Shown here in pieces: positions 38,094 to 48,314 of a stretch of 64,000 nucleotides of DNA. How positions within the stretch are numbered: the first letter of the stretch is position 1; each line of letters begins with the position of its first letter. This DNA comes from Patescibacteria group bacterium (lineage in GTDB: Bacteria; Patescibacteriota; Minisyncoccia; Phycocordibacterales; Phycocordibacteraceae), in assembly GCA_040390125.1 (NCBI GenBank), contig JAZJYZ010000001.1, forward strand, positions 307,026 through 371,025, read 5' to 3'. A program made the translations under genes and the position numbers. The notes under the pieces were generated by a model. The model was given only the letters and a program-made list of their open reading frames with translations, did not search any database and had not been told where the DNA came from.

Positions 38094-38229
38094 AGTGAAA
38101 TAGCTTTCAGCTTTCAGGTTCCGGCTTTCAGCTTCGAATTCAGAAAAGCTGAAACCTGACAGCTGGCACCTGAAAGCTTATTCGAGCAGTTTACCTCGTG
38201 GGTTGAAAAAATAAAAGAAATCAAAGTAC

Positions 38230-39153
38230 CTACTTTGTCTTTAAGTGAACATAGATGTCCTCAAGGGCTTTTACTGCGTCTCCCGCAGCGATGTTGTTTT
38301 GGTGGTACAAGCTACTTGTGCAGTCGCCCGCAGCCCAAATTCCTGTGCGTGAAGTTTTTTGCGTTTTGTGGTCAATAACGATGCGTCTGTACTGGTCAAG
38401 CTCCACAAGGCCGTCAACAAATTCAGTTGAAGGAACCATACCTATTTCCACGAATATACCCGAAACAGCAAGGCTAGTCTCAGCGCCGGTGGTCCGGTCT
38501 TTGTAGGTGAGTCCGTTCACAAATTTGTCTCCTGTGATGAGGCTGGTTTCAGCATTTAAGACTCCACGCATATTGGGGTGTGCAAGAACTTTCTCAACCG
38601 TTACAGGGTCGGCAGAATATTGGGCACCACGGTGCAGTAGAGTGACGCTCTTTGCGTAGGCGAGAAGCTGTGCCGCAGTCTCAAATCCGGCGTTGCCTCC
38701 ACCAATCACTACAACGTCACTACCTCCGAACAAGGGCCCGTCGCACGATGCACAGTAGGTGACTCCTTTGTTGTCGAATGTATCAGCACCGGGAACATTC
38801 AGCTTCCTTCTTGAGCCTCCAGCGGTTACGAGTACGGTTTTTGCACTGTATGATTTTCCACTTTTTGTAGTAAGGATGAAATGATCATCCTCTGCCACAA
38901 CCTTGAGCACTCGTTCTCCCTTAATGATGTCGACGACATCCCCCGCATACGCACGTACGTGTGCCTCTAAATTTTTTGCCAATTCTTCACCTGAGATTGC
39001 TGGCGTACCTATCCAATTTTGTATTTCTGCAGAAACAACGCTTTGTCCACCAAAAAGGTCAGTGATGAGCACTGTTTTTAAGAGTTTACGTGCGGCGTAC
39101 ACTGCGGCTGCTGAGCCTCCAGGGCCTCCTCCAATTATTGCAACGTCGAACAT
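38230..39153 (-). CDS. trxB: Thioredoxin reductase / AhpF-like oxidoreductase
   Basis: GGGPGG, CASCD, GGGNAG, AAGD. Confidence 0.85.
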   Translation of the reverse strand: MFDVAIIGGGPGGSAAAVYAARKLLKTVLITDLFGGQSVVSAEIQNWIGTPAISGEELAKNLEAHVRAYAGDVVDIIKGERVLKVVAEDDHFILTTKSGKSYSAKTVLVTAGGSRRKLNVPGADTFDNKGVTYCASCDGPLFGGSDVVVIGGGNAGFETAAQLLAYAKSVTLLHRGAQYSADPVTVEKVLAHPNMRGVLNAETSLITGDKFVNGLTYKDRTTGAETSLAVSGIFVEIGMVPSTEFVDGLVELDQYRRIVIDHKTQKTSRTGIWAAGDCTSSLYHQNNIAAGDAVKALEDIYVHLKTK

Positions 39154-39378
39154 AAAAAGCTTCTAGCTTCTAGCTTATAGCTTTTAGCTTTAAACAGCAA
39201 GAAAAAAGAAATCCCCACTCTCTAATAAAAAAAGAAAGCCGGAACGTGCGTCATAATTCAGTTCAAAAATCTTTTTAAGAAAATCTTACCCCCAACCCCT
39301 TTAGTTAACTAAAGGGGTTGGGGGGGGAGAAGTAAAGAAAAAAGCCGGAAATTTCCGACTTTCTTGATTCTTCAAGCT

Positions 39379-39591
39379 TTATTCAACGAAGGCACCCATA
39401 TTAACCCAAGAGTGTTTTAGTTTAGGCTGTCCTTCAGTCACTCGTACCTTTAGTTTCATACCGAAAGTTTTGAGGTGTACTGCTCGCGAGCCATCTGGAA
39501 GTCGTCTAGCGAACATAACATCCAATAGTCCGCCTGCGAAGTTCATTTTCTCGCCAGGCTTTACACCCTCCCAGTTTTTTGGACCCATCAT
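39379..39591 (-). CDS. Hypothetical protein, 70 aa, immediately after ftsZ
   Basis: ATG 1 nt after the ftsZ stop. Confidence 0.45.
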   Translation of the reverse strand: MMGPKNWEGVKPGEKMNFAGGLLDVMFARRLPDGSRAVHLKTFGMKLKVRVTEGQPKLKHSWVNMGAFVE

Positions 39592-39592
39592 G

Positions 39593-40777
39593 CTAGTTCT
39601 TACGGTTTCTGCGCAAAAATGCAGGAACTGCAGCCCATTCATCGTCTTCTTCGGCTGGTTTTGGGGCTGGCATGTCACGCCGTAGGGGAGGAACTGCTTC
39701 CTCATCGAGCTCACGATTTGCTGGCATCACCGTGTTGTATATCTTTCCCATTGGTTCTTCCTCTTTCTTTTCCTTCTTTACGCCGAGCTGGAAGAGAGGC
39801 TGACCTGTGTGGCCCCCTGTTTCCTCAGGAAAACCTGTTGCAATGACAGTGACACGAACTTCACCCTTCTTCAGACGCTCGTCCTTCGAAGTACCAAAGA
39901 TAACTTTTGCATTCTTGTCGATTGACTCCGTAACGATATGCGCAGCTGCTTGTACTTCAAGGAGTCCGAGGTCTTCTCCGCCAGCAATTGAAAGCAGTAC
40001 GCCTTTTGCACCATTGATAGAGATATCGAGAAGTGGGGAATTGATAGCCATGCGAGCAGCTTCTTCAGCACGCTTATCTCCCTGAGCAATACCAACACCC
40101 ATGAGTGCTGAACCTGCGTCCTCCATAATTGATTTGATGTCGGCGAAGTCGAGATTGATATTGCCTGGCGTGGTGATGAGGTCAGACACACCTTCGACTG
40201 CTTGTCGCAATACCTCGTCGCAGAGTGCGAATGCACTTCTAACCGTTGTGTTTTGATCAACAACAGCGAGCAAGCGGTCGTTTGGAATAACAATTAATGC
40301 GTCTACTTCTTTGCGAAGTTCATCGAGCCCTTGCTCTGCGAGGCGCATGCGCTGTTGACCTTCAAATGAGAACGGTTTTGTGACAACGGCAACGGTGAGT
40401 GCACCAGTTTCTTTTGCAATTTTTGCAACCACAGGTGCGGCGCCGGTGCAGGTGCCTCCACCCATACCTCCTGCGATGAAGACCATGTCGGAACCACGAA
40501 GTGCATCTTGTATTTCAGATTGTGTTTCTTCAGCGGCACGTTTTCCAACTGCAGGGTTCATTCCTGCGCCAAGTCCTCGTGTAAGGTTTTTACCAATATG
40601 AATTTTTGCTTTTGCAGATGACTGTTGAAGGTCTTGTGCGTCTGTGTTTATGACGATGAAATCAACCCCTTTCACTTTTGAGGTGACCATGTGATTGATG
40701 GCGTTCTTACCGGAACCGCCGATACCGACGACACGAATGCGGGCTGATGACTCCATTTCTGAATGTACCTGTGGCAT
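39593..40777 (-). CDS. ftsZ: Cell division protein FtsZ
   Basis: GMGGGTCTG, NLDFAD, C-terminal VPAFLR. Confidence 0.98.
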   Translation of the reverse strand: MPQVHSEMESSARIRVVGIGGSGKNAINHMVTSKVKGVDFIVINTDAQDLQQSSAKAKIHIGKNLTRGLGAGMNPAVGKRAAEETQSEIQDALRGSDMVFIAGGMGGGTCTGAAPVVAKIAKETGALTVAVVTKPFSFEGQQRMRLAEQGLDELRKEVDALIVIPNDRLLAVVDQNTTVRSAFALCDEVLRQAVEGVSDLITTPGNINLDFADIKSIMEDAGSALMGVGIAQGDKRAEEAARMAINSPLLDISINGAKGVLLSIAGGEDLGLLEVQAAAHIVTESIDKNAKVIFGTSKDERLKKGEVRVTVIATGFPEETGGHTGQPLFQLGVKKEKKEEEPMGKIYNTVMPANRELDEEAVPPLRRDMPAPKPAEEDDEWAAVPAFLRRNRKN

Positions 40778-41018
40778 GGTTTTTTTGAGAGGTTATTAAC
40801 TAGTTGCCTCATCATAGAGAAAATGAACTCTCGTTGCAACATTTGACTTTCTTTTCTTTTTGTATCTAAAAACTAGAGACTATCTTAAGCTTCCAGGTGT
40901 CAGCTGCCAGGCTCCCGGTTTTGTTATTGCATAGCAATTAGAAAATCGCAGTCCCCTTGGGGAGTTTCAGTTTTTCTGAATTAAAGCTGAAAGCCGAAAG
41001 CTGGCAGCTAAAACCTGC

Positions 41019-42191
41019 CTAAGGTAAAAATTGTCGCAAAAACCCAAGAGCGGAATTTCCAATGTCTTTGAGTGCGATGCCTGCGGCGGGCCTGGCAAAA
41101 TTGTCACCAGTGAGCCCCCATACGGTAAGACCGTACGCTACTGCCCATGATGAATCTTTTATTTTGGCGTCGGATGCAATATTAAGTGAAGCTATTTTTG
41201 AATGAAGTTTCAACGCTGATTCAGCGATTTCTTTTATGGGTCCAATACCTGAGCCACCACCTGAAAGCACAATGCCTGCCGGTAAGAGCTGATCTTTGCC
41301 GAGTTTTTTTAAATGCCCGTCAATAAGTTCGAAGATGTCGATGAGGCGTGCGGTAAGAATGTCATCGAATTTTTTCTTCGAATACGAGGCGTTTGTAATG
41401 GCACCCAATTTTAATTGTTCTGCTTCGTCCAAGGAGATACGAAGTCCGAGCGCAATGTCTTTGGTGATGTCCATTGAGCCAATGCGAAACACTTTGAGTG
41501 AGACTGGCATGCCGTTATCAAAGACCACAATGGAAACTGTTTCAGCGCCGATGTTTGCAAGAACGCACCCAGCTTTTTTCTCTGCGTTTGAAAGTGTGAT
41601 GATGGAACCTGCCAAGGGGGAGGCCATCGTGTCGGCAACTGCAATTTCTGCTCGCTCAACGGACTCGATTAAATCGTTTACATGCTGTTCAAGGCAGGTA
41701 ATGAAAAGAGTCTCAACAGAGAGCTTTGTTCCTTTCATGCCGTGCGGACGACCCAAGACTTCTGTTCCGTCTATAGAGAAGGTGAGGGGAACGGTGTGGA
41801 GAATCTTTCTATTCACGAGTCTTCCGGAAACGTTTTCACGTGACGCATCTATGGCTTTTTCTATATCGAGGTCAGTTACTTCAGCGTCTGCTCGTGCGAT
41901 GATTGCGTCGCCACGGCCTCGCACTTCATCAAGTCCGATGCCACCAATAGAAAGGAATGCTGTCTTTATTTTTACGCCGGCAAAATCTGCGGCTTGAGCG
42001 GCGGCAATTCTGATTGAGCGTGCGACGTCGTCTGCATTCACTATATAGCCATGGCGGAGTCCTTTTGATTCTGCGTAGCCCGTGCCTATGATTTTCGGAA
42101 ACAGTGATGCACGATCTGCGGATTCACGTGCAATAACAACACGCACCTGGTAGGTTCCGACGTCTATGCCAACTGCAATTCGGGAGGCCAT
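41019..42191 (-). CDS. ftsA: Cell division protein FtsA
   Basis: GIDVGT, NIGAET, ITKDIA, LPAGIVLSGGG; adjacent to ftsZ. Confidence 0.93.
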   Translation of the reverse strand: MASRIAVGIDVGTYQVRVVIARESADRASLFPKIIGTGYAESKGLRHGYIVNADDVARSIRIAAAQAADFAGVKIKTAFLSIGGIGLDEVRGRGDAIIARADAEVTDLDIEKAIDASRENVSGRLVNRKILHTVPLTFSIDGTEVLGRPHGMKGTKLSVETLFITCLEQHVNDLIESVERAEIAVADTMASPLAGSIITLSNAEKKAGCVLANIGAETVSIVVFDNGMPVSLKVFRIGSMDITKDIALGLRISLDEAEQLKLGAITNASYSKKKFDDILTARLIDIFELIDGHLKKLGKDQLLPAGIVLSGGGSGIGPIKEIAESALKLHSKIASLNIASDAKIKDSSWAVAYGLTVWGLTGDNFARPAAGIALKDIGNSALGFLRQFLP

Positions 42192-42306
42192 TTTAGCTAG
42201 GGGGTAGGGGTTAGCGATTAGGGGATAGGCGACGCTTCGTCGGATCCGAAGGGATCATGTGGTTTTTACCACAAAACGTTGTCGTCAAACTTATCCTATC
42301 ACGCAC

Positions 42307-42699
42307 TCAGCTATACGGGGTGGGGATTTTCAGTGTTTTGCAGAACTTTTTTTCGAGAGTTTCCATTTTTTTGCCATGGTCGTGCCCTTGCAAGTGGAGC
42401 ATGCCGTGGATGAAAAGGAAGGATAGGTAATTGTGAGAGTTCATTCCAAATTCTGGTGCTTTTTTTTTCACCATGCTCATGCAGATATAGAGTTCGCCAG
42501 TTTTTTTACTCAGAGGGAAGGCAAGGATGTCGGTTGCAGAGTCCTTACGGCGGTACTGACGATTAAGTGCTTGCATTTTTTGTGGCGGAATGAATACAAG
42601 CGAGAGCTCGTACGTTTTACCAAGCACTTTCTCTTTCATCTTCAAAAAAGGCACTCTAGGAGTAGAGTGCCGTGCCGTATTTGCGATTACGAAATTCAT
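42307..42699 (-). CDS. ybeY: rRNA maturation endoribonuclease YbeY
   Basis: LNRQYR, TDILAF, HGMLHLQGHDH. Confidence 0.93.
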   Translation of the reverse strand: MNFVIANTARHSTPRVPFLKMKEKVLGKTYELSLVFIPPQKMQALNRQYRRKDSATDILAFPLSKKTGELYICMSMVKKKAPEFGMNSHNYLSFLFIHGMLHLQGHDHGKKMETLEKKFCKTLKIPTPYS

Positions 42700-42754
42700 T
42701 GCTGTGGATCCTCCCTAAAAGCTTACAGTTGAAACCTGAAAGCTACGAGCCTTT

Positions 42755-43006
42755 CTATCTTCCTCTTTTCTGAACTCGTGCTTTAGGGTCAACAAGACCG
42801 AGACGCTCTAAATTCGCTGTCTTTTCACGCTTGGTGATACGACGGAGTGCTGATGCACGACGCTTACTCTTTGAGAGATCACGAATTCTATAGCGGTTGT
42901 CTTTAACTCGGCGGATGATACCAGCACCAAGAACACGCTTTGAGAAGCGACGCACCAAACCCATCGTGTTTTCGGTCCCGGTCTTTGTTACTGAAACGTT
43001 AATCAT
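42755..43006 (-). CDS. rpsU: Probable 30S ribosomal protein bS21
   Basis: Basic 83-aa protein, EN...LVRRFSKRV..AG pattern. Confidence 0.65.
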   Translation of the reverse strand: MINVSVTKTGTENTMGLVRRFSKRVLGAGIIRRVKDNRYRIRDLSKSKRRASALRRITKREKTANLERLGLVDPKARVQKRGR

Positions 43007-43141
43007 TGTGTTGTGTATTAAAGCACGGCTTAGAAGAAGCCGCAACTGAATGAAAGGTTCTAGGTGCTAGGTTCTAGCTTTAATTAAATTTTCAGAAAAG
43101 CTGTAAGCTAGCTGATCCCTGCGGATCCGATGAGGCATCGC

Positions 43142-44251
43142 CTAACTTCGGTGTCCTCGTGTCACGTAGTTTCCAAGTTTGTCTAAAGGTATGGTCGTCT
43201 GCACTTGGGTGGCGACGGAGCGGACTATTGCCGTGTTATCCAATGCTTCACGTTGTCCAATAATCGCAATGTATTTGGTGCCTGATGCTGTCCCTTTCTC
43301 TACTTGATCACGAAGGTTATCTGTCATAAGCGCTTGTCCTACTGCCACGTGAGCACGCCAAAGAGCCTCTAGGAGTGCGAAGGATCGAAGTTTCGCAGCA
43401 TCTCCGACGTGGACTATAAAGCAAGCTGGTTCGTCTTCGAGCGATTCAACATCGATACGTCCTTGCATTTCAATACTCATTGCTACGGCGGGCTCTGCGT
43501 GGGCGCCTCGGGCGCGCTTGGCGTATTCGTCGTAACGCCCGCCGGTTGCTATGCGCACACGTTCACCTTTTTTGTCTGTTCCTTCAATGGCAAAGAGCAG
43601 TTCTGATTCCACCCCAGGTTCTGCAATGAGGCGTGACTGAATAGAATAGGCAATACCCACTGATTCAAAAAGTGACAGCGTTGCGAGCATGGTTTTTCGG
43701 GAACTCTCTGAAAGGTAATCAATAGAGCGTGGCATCTGTTCCACTACGGGATCTTTTCGTTCGAGCATGGTGCGGTAGGCAAGATCAGGGTCGTGCGGAA
43801 CGATTGCTTTCAAATCTTCAGGTATTGCGTCGTTTCGTTTTTTGAAGAAGTTGCCGAGTTCACGTGTGAATCGTTTTCGTGATTCTGCATCTCCTACGGA
43901 GGACACCAGTACAGAAAGATCACTGAAGCCCGCCACCTCTGATATGGAGAGAGCGGTTTTTACAACTATTGCGGGTGCAATAGCGTGGCGTGTTGAGAAA
44001 ATCCCAAATGAAACTAGCGTGCCTGAACCTTTACGTGATACTCCCCAGGTTTGTATAGGGCCTTTACCACTCTCTGCAATGTTCACCAGTGCACTTGAAG
44101 CTGAAGTTTTTGCGTTAGCTCCATTACTGGCAGTTGCGAGTGCTCGTTTAGAAATGTTTGCGGGTGAACTAGTGAATCCGTATGCATAAGCAATACGTCC
44201 GATTGATTGTTCCAAAGATTCGTTCTGTTTTCCTTTTTCAAGTGAGCGCAT
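43142..44251 (-). CDS. Degenerate histidyl-tRNA synthetase paralog
   Basis: ATGGRYD, class IIa anticodon-binding domain (IIGQREAL); motif 2 and RGLDYY not recognisable. Confidence 0.75.
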   Translation of the reverse strand: MRSLEKGKQNESLEQSIGRIAYAYGFTSSPANISKRALATASNGANAKTSASSALVNIAESGKGPIQTWGVSRKGSGTLVSFGIFSTRHAIAPAIVVKTALSISEVAGFSDLSVLVSSVGDAESRKRFTRELGNFFKKRNDAIPEDLKAIVPHDPDLAYRTMLERKDPVVEQMPRSIDYLSESSRKTMLATLSLFESVGIAYSIQSRLIAEPGVESELLFAIEGTDKKGERVRIATGGRYDEYAKRARGAHAEPAVAMSIEMQGRIDVESLEDEPACFIVHVGDAAKLRSFALLEALWRAHVAVGQALMTDNLRDQVEKGTASGTKYIAIIGQREALDNTAIVRSVATQVQTTIPLDKLGNYVTRGHRS

Positions 44252-44358
44252 ATTTAGTAAGTAGTGAGTAGTAAGTGGAGGGTCGTGAAGAAAGAGGATG
44301 AAAAGCAAGAATTTTGTTTTTGACTATCTTCTACATACGACATTCTACTTTCCATACT

Positions 44359-44919
44359 TTATTGTTGTAATGAAATGGTGCCGGGGAATAGGCCAATCTC
44401 GGATGGTGGAAAGAGTCGGACGAATGGGCGACCAACAATATCCTCACGTGGAAGATTGCCCCAGGAGCGAGAGTCAGAACTTTCGTTGCGGTTATCGCCC
44501 ATGACAAAGTATTCGTCGCTTCCTAGTGTGTAGACCTTGTATTCGTCTCGCATGCGGGATGGATCGATGAACGATTGGTCGAGCGTGATAGATTTTGCGT
44601 CTTTGCCACCACTAATAATAATGCGTTTACCCTGCATCTCTACTGTTTCGTTTGGTAAACCTATAATTCGTTTTATAAAAAATGTTTTTGGATCTTTTGG
44701 ATATCGCATTATGATGACATCGCCACGTTTTGGCTCTTCAAAACGGTAGGTTACTTGGTCAACGATGAGGTATTCGTTATTGTGGAATGTTGGCACCATT
44801 GAAGCACCTCGCACAATGAACGGTTGAGCAACGAACCAGCGGATAGGAACGACGATGAGGAGTGCGATGAGTGCGAATTTGATTGTGTCACTAACAAGTT
44901 CATTTCGCTCTTCATTCAT
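44359..44919 (-). CDS. lepB: Signal peptidase I
   Basis: GASMVPT, FIKRIIGLP, GDNRNESSDSR. Confidence 0.95.
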   Translation of the reverse strand: MNEERNELVSDTIKFALIALLIVVPIRWFVAQPFIVRGASMVPTFHNNEYLIVDQVTYRFEEPKRGDVIIMRYPKDPKTFFIKRIIGLPNETVEMQGKRIIISGGKDAKSITLDQSFIDPSRMRDEYKVYTLGSDEYFVMGDNRNESSDSRSWGNLPREDIVGRPFVRLFPPSEIGLFPGTISLQQ

Positions 44920-45097
44920 GCAAAGAATTGTACGCCTGCGAGTCATTGCACGCAAGGTTTTTTTGTTGTGCAATGTTATTCATGCAAAAATATTTTTTTC
45001 GTATACACTTTAAGGAGCTTCCAGGTTTCAGCTGTCAGGTTCCAGCTTGAATTTAAAAAGCTGAAAGCCGGTAGCTGACAGCTGAAAGCTCTGCATC

Positions 45098-45685
45098 ATG
45101 CATATCATTGTTGGTTTAGGAAATCCTGGAGAAAAATACGAGAACACTCGTCATAATATTGGGCGCACTACCCTCGATTGGTTTAGGAAGAAGTATGATT
45201 TTTCCGATTGGGAGTTTAATAAAAAAATAAATGCACATACTGCGGAGGGGAAGGTAGGAAAAGTGAAGGCACTTTTAATTATTCCTGACACTTTCATGAA
45301 TAATTCAGGTAAATCCGTCGCAGGATTAGTGAAATCAAAAAAGGCTGCGTCAGAACTGCTCGTTGTTTATGACGATTTAGATATTCCTTTTGGGTCTTTA
45401 AAGATTTCGTACGGAAGAAGTTCAGGGGGGCACAATGGTCTTGAGTCGATTATCCGTGCGGTTAAGACTAAAGATTTTCCACGGATACGCATGGGCGTGT
45501 CGCCGAGTACTCCGTCAGGGAAATTACGGAAACCTGCCGGCGAGAAGAAAGTGCTTGATTTTCTGTTGGGAGAATTTTCAAAAAAAGAGCGGGAAGTGAT
45601 GTCAAAGTTTTTGAAACAGGCAGGGGAGGCGATTGAGGTCGCCATTGCCGAGGGCTACCAGATGGCGATGAACAAGTGTAATTGA
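45098..45685 (+). CDS. pth: Peptidyl-tRNA hydrolase
   Basis: GLGNPG, TRHNIG, TFMNNSG, GGHNGL. Confidence 0.97.
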   Translation: MHIIVGLGNPGEKYENTRHNIGRTTLDWFRKKYDFSDWEFNKKINAHTAEGKVGKVKALLIIPDTFMNNSGKSVAGLVKSKKAASELLVVYDDLDIPFGSLKISYGRSSGGHNGLESIIRAVKTKDFPRIRMGVSPSTPSGKLRKPAGEKKVLDFLLGEFSKKEREVMSKFLKQAGEAIEVAIAEGYQMAMNKCN

Positions 45686-45690
45686 TTGCT

Positions 45691-45915
45691 ATGTCAAAAA
45701 GTTATGAGGCGGAAGAGATTGATACTCCAACGTCTCTTAATAGAGAAGAACAACAGTGGCAAGAACTTCATGATGAGGCGATGGTGGAAGCACAGCGTCG
45801 AGGTTTAACGGGGGATCTATTGCGAGCGTGGATTGATGAAACTACTTCTGCATATGTAAATGCAATGCGTTCTATTGCTGAGAGACGTAAGCGTGTCAAT
45901 AAGAAACGACATTAG
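45691..45915 (+). CDS. Hypothetical protein
   Basis: ORF track. Confidence 0.5.
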   Translation: MSKSYEAEEIDTPTSLNREEQQWQELHDEAMVEAQRRGLTGDLLRAWIDETTSAYVNAMRSIAERRKRVNKKRH

Positions 45916-46010
45916 GGTTTTACTGGCGGACGCCAGAGTGCTCCGCCCCTTTGGGGGCGGAGCACTTGGACGGGTGACCCTTTTTACGAGAGGTATACTG
46001 AATTGTAGCT

Positions 46011-46238
46011 ATGGTGAGACGAGATTATGAGGGCCACCACACTGAAAACATACTGGCTGCTTTAGAGGGTTTGAAAGTGAATGAAAGTTCCTGGTCTCCA
46101 ATGTTGCGTCGTGCGGAAGAAGGACGGAGTGCCGGGACTTCTTCTGATGAGAATCTTGAATTTGTGAAGCGTATTATATGTGACGATTTTAAACAGGTCG
46201 TGCAACTCCGAAAAACTCTTCAAGGAAAACTGAATTGA
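46011..46238 (+). CDS. Hypothetical protein
   Basis: ORF track; TATACT upstream. Confidence 0.5.
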   Translation: MVRRDYEGHHTENILAALEGLKVNESSWSPMLRRAEEGRSAGTSSDENLEFVKRIICDDFKQVVQLRKTLQGKLN

Positions 46239-46327
46239 AATCTCAAATGCAGGGAAGATGCAAAGATAGGGTTTCAGAATTCAAAAAACACCTCGACATA
46301 CGTCGAGGTGTTTTTTATGCAAGAAGT

Positions 46328-47425
46328 TTATTTCTTCGTCTTCACAAACGAGAGCGTCATGCGGTGCTCTTTTGGTTCGAAAAGCGTAATCTTGAATGGA
46401 TATGTTTTCCCGAGGCCCAATGTTTCTCGGAGTTCAGCTTCTGAAGCGAACTCGGAGACGTGTACTAAGCCTGCAACACCTTCTTCGATAGAAGCCAATG
46501 CGCCGTATTTATTGTATTTGATGATTGCAGCGTTCACCTCGTCTTCTTTCTTGTACTTAGCAGCTGCGATAACCCATGGATCTTCCTGAAGTTGTTTCAA
46601 GGAGAGAGAAATCTTTCCGTCTTTGATGTCAATGATCTTTACTTTAATTGCCTCGTTCACTTTTGCGAATGCACGTGGATCCTCAACGAGACCCCAATCG
46701 ATTTCAGAAATATGCACCAAGCCCTCTAGACCGTCTTCAACTTTCACGAAGATGCCGAAGTCAACGACGCCAGTGACAACTCCGTCAACGACGTCGCCCA
46801 CTGCATAGCGGTCGACAAGTGTTCCCCTAGTTTCCTTTGAGGTACCTCGCTCCGAGAAGATGAGCTTTCCTTCACGAGGATCTGCAGTGATGATAGAAAC
46901 CGACATGTTGGTGCCGATGAGTTTCTTCAACTCATCCAAGATGAGTTGCTTTTCACCGTTTGCTACTCGTGGATAGTGTTCAGGTTTCAGCTGTGAGGCA
47001 GGAAGGAAGCCTTGAATACTCTGCCATGCAATGATCAGTCCACCTTTGTTTGCGTCTTTAACAGGAAGTTCAAAGACGGTTCCGGCGGCAATTGCTTTTT
47101 CAGCATCCGACCAAATCATCGCTTGACGTGCTTCCTTGAGTGAGAGTTCTATGTAGCCTTCTTTGTTGTGGCTTCCGACAATCTTTGCAGATACTGTGTC
47201 GCCCAGAGCGACTTTGCGTAGAACATCACGAGCGGAAAGATATTCACGTCCGTAAATGATGCCCGTTCCGAAAGGTGGAAGGTCTATGTAGATCTTTCCT
47301 GAACCAATGAAAATAACCGGTCCTTCGACCGTATCTCCTTCTGCTGGTGGAATGGCACTTTCAAGGAGAAGTTTCTCCATGGCCTCATTCACCACTGGCA
47401 CTACTATTTCTTTTTTCTTAGACAT
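46328..47425 (-). CDS. rpsA: 30S ribosomal protein bS1 (4 S1 domains)
   Basis: GFLPASQL, FGIFV, EGLVHISE repeats. Confidence 0.9.
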   Translation of the reverse strand: MSKKKEIVVPVVNEAMEKLLLESAIPPAEGDTVEGPVIFIGSGKIYIDLPPFGTGIIYGREYLSARDVLRKVALGDTVSAKIVGSHNKEGYIELSLKEARQAMIWSDAEKAIAAGTVFELPVKDANKGGLIIAWQSIQGFLPASQLKPEHYPRVANGEKQLILDELKKLIGTNMSVSIITADPREGKLIFSERGTSKETRGTLVDRYAVGDVVDGVVTGVVDFGIFVKVEDGLEGLVHISEIDWGLVEDPRAFAKVNEAIKVKIIDIKDGKISLSLKQLQEDPWVIAAAKYKKEDEVNAAIIKYNKYGALASIEEGVAGLVHVSEFASEAELRETLGLGKTYPFKITLFEPKEHRMTLSFVKTKK

Positions 47426-47711
47426 TTAATCAGTAATCCGGCAAGCTACTTGCCGGAGAAGGTAGTAGGTAGTGGGTAGTAGGTAGTTATAAAGCTACTT
47501 ACCACTTTCTATCTTCTACATTCCGGACAAGGGTTAATCTTGTCAGAAGTGATATTAAAAAAGCTCGAAGGCTTTATGGGGGCTAGAGTATCAAAATAGA
47601 GCCCCAAACGCAAGTCTGGTTATTGCCCATTGAAATATATAGAATTGATATTCCTTGACTTTTCATAAAAAATTACTTACTCTGATTTTTAGTTATTTTT
47701 TAAATTTTTAT

Positions 47712-47921
47712 ATGACCACTACGCCAGAAGGTACACGAGTACTTACGCCAGAAGATCGCAAATTGGCTGAGGATTTTTTAAGATTCATAGCAGCTCCTAA
47801 TCTGGGTGCCCGTATAGCGGAAGCTCAGAAATGGGTGAGTGTTGGGGAAGGGATCTCACGGGTTTCTCGTGAGCTTAGGGGACCGGACACATTTCCTGAT
47901 AACTACGACCCTGAAGCCTAG
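47712..47921 (+). CDS. Hypothetical protein starting MTTTPEGT
   Basis: Shares upstream region and first codons with the next ORF. Confidence 0.6.
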   Translation: MTTTPEGTRVLTPEDRKLAEDFLRFIAAPNLGARIAEAQKWVSVGEGISRVSRELRGPDTFPDNYDPEA

Positions 47922-47948
47922 TAACTATAGTCATTGTTAAATTTTTAT

Positions 47949-48173
47949 ATGGGCACTACACCAGAAGGCACAATAGAACGAAGGCATCGGGACCGCCTAA
48001 AAGAGGATATGGATATGTTAGCTGACTGGGTGGATACTTCTGAGGCTATGGGTGAGGATATGAGTCGGGCTGATACTGTTTTGGGGTTACAATTAATCAG
48101 GGGATTTATTTTTGATGACTTAGATGCCGCAGGCATCCCTCCTCCTAGAAAGTTTCCTCCCTCTAAGCTCTAA
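47949..48173 (+). CDS. Hypothetical protein starting MGTTPEGT
   Basis: Shares upstream region and first codons with the previous ORF. Confidence 0.6.
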   Translation: MGTTPEGTIERRHRDRLKEDMDMLADWVDTSEAMGEDMSRADTVLGLQLIRGFIFDDLDAAGIPPPRKFPPSKL

Positions 48174-48314
48174 GCTCTAAGCTCTAAGCTAAAAGCCCGA
48201 GGTGAGTGGGATGAAGGTGTGGGTGAAGATTGATTTTTCTCTCAACTCTAAACTAGGAACTCAGAACTCCCTCCAGTCTGTTCACTGTTCACTGTTTGCT
48301 GTACACTTGTCGGA

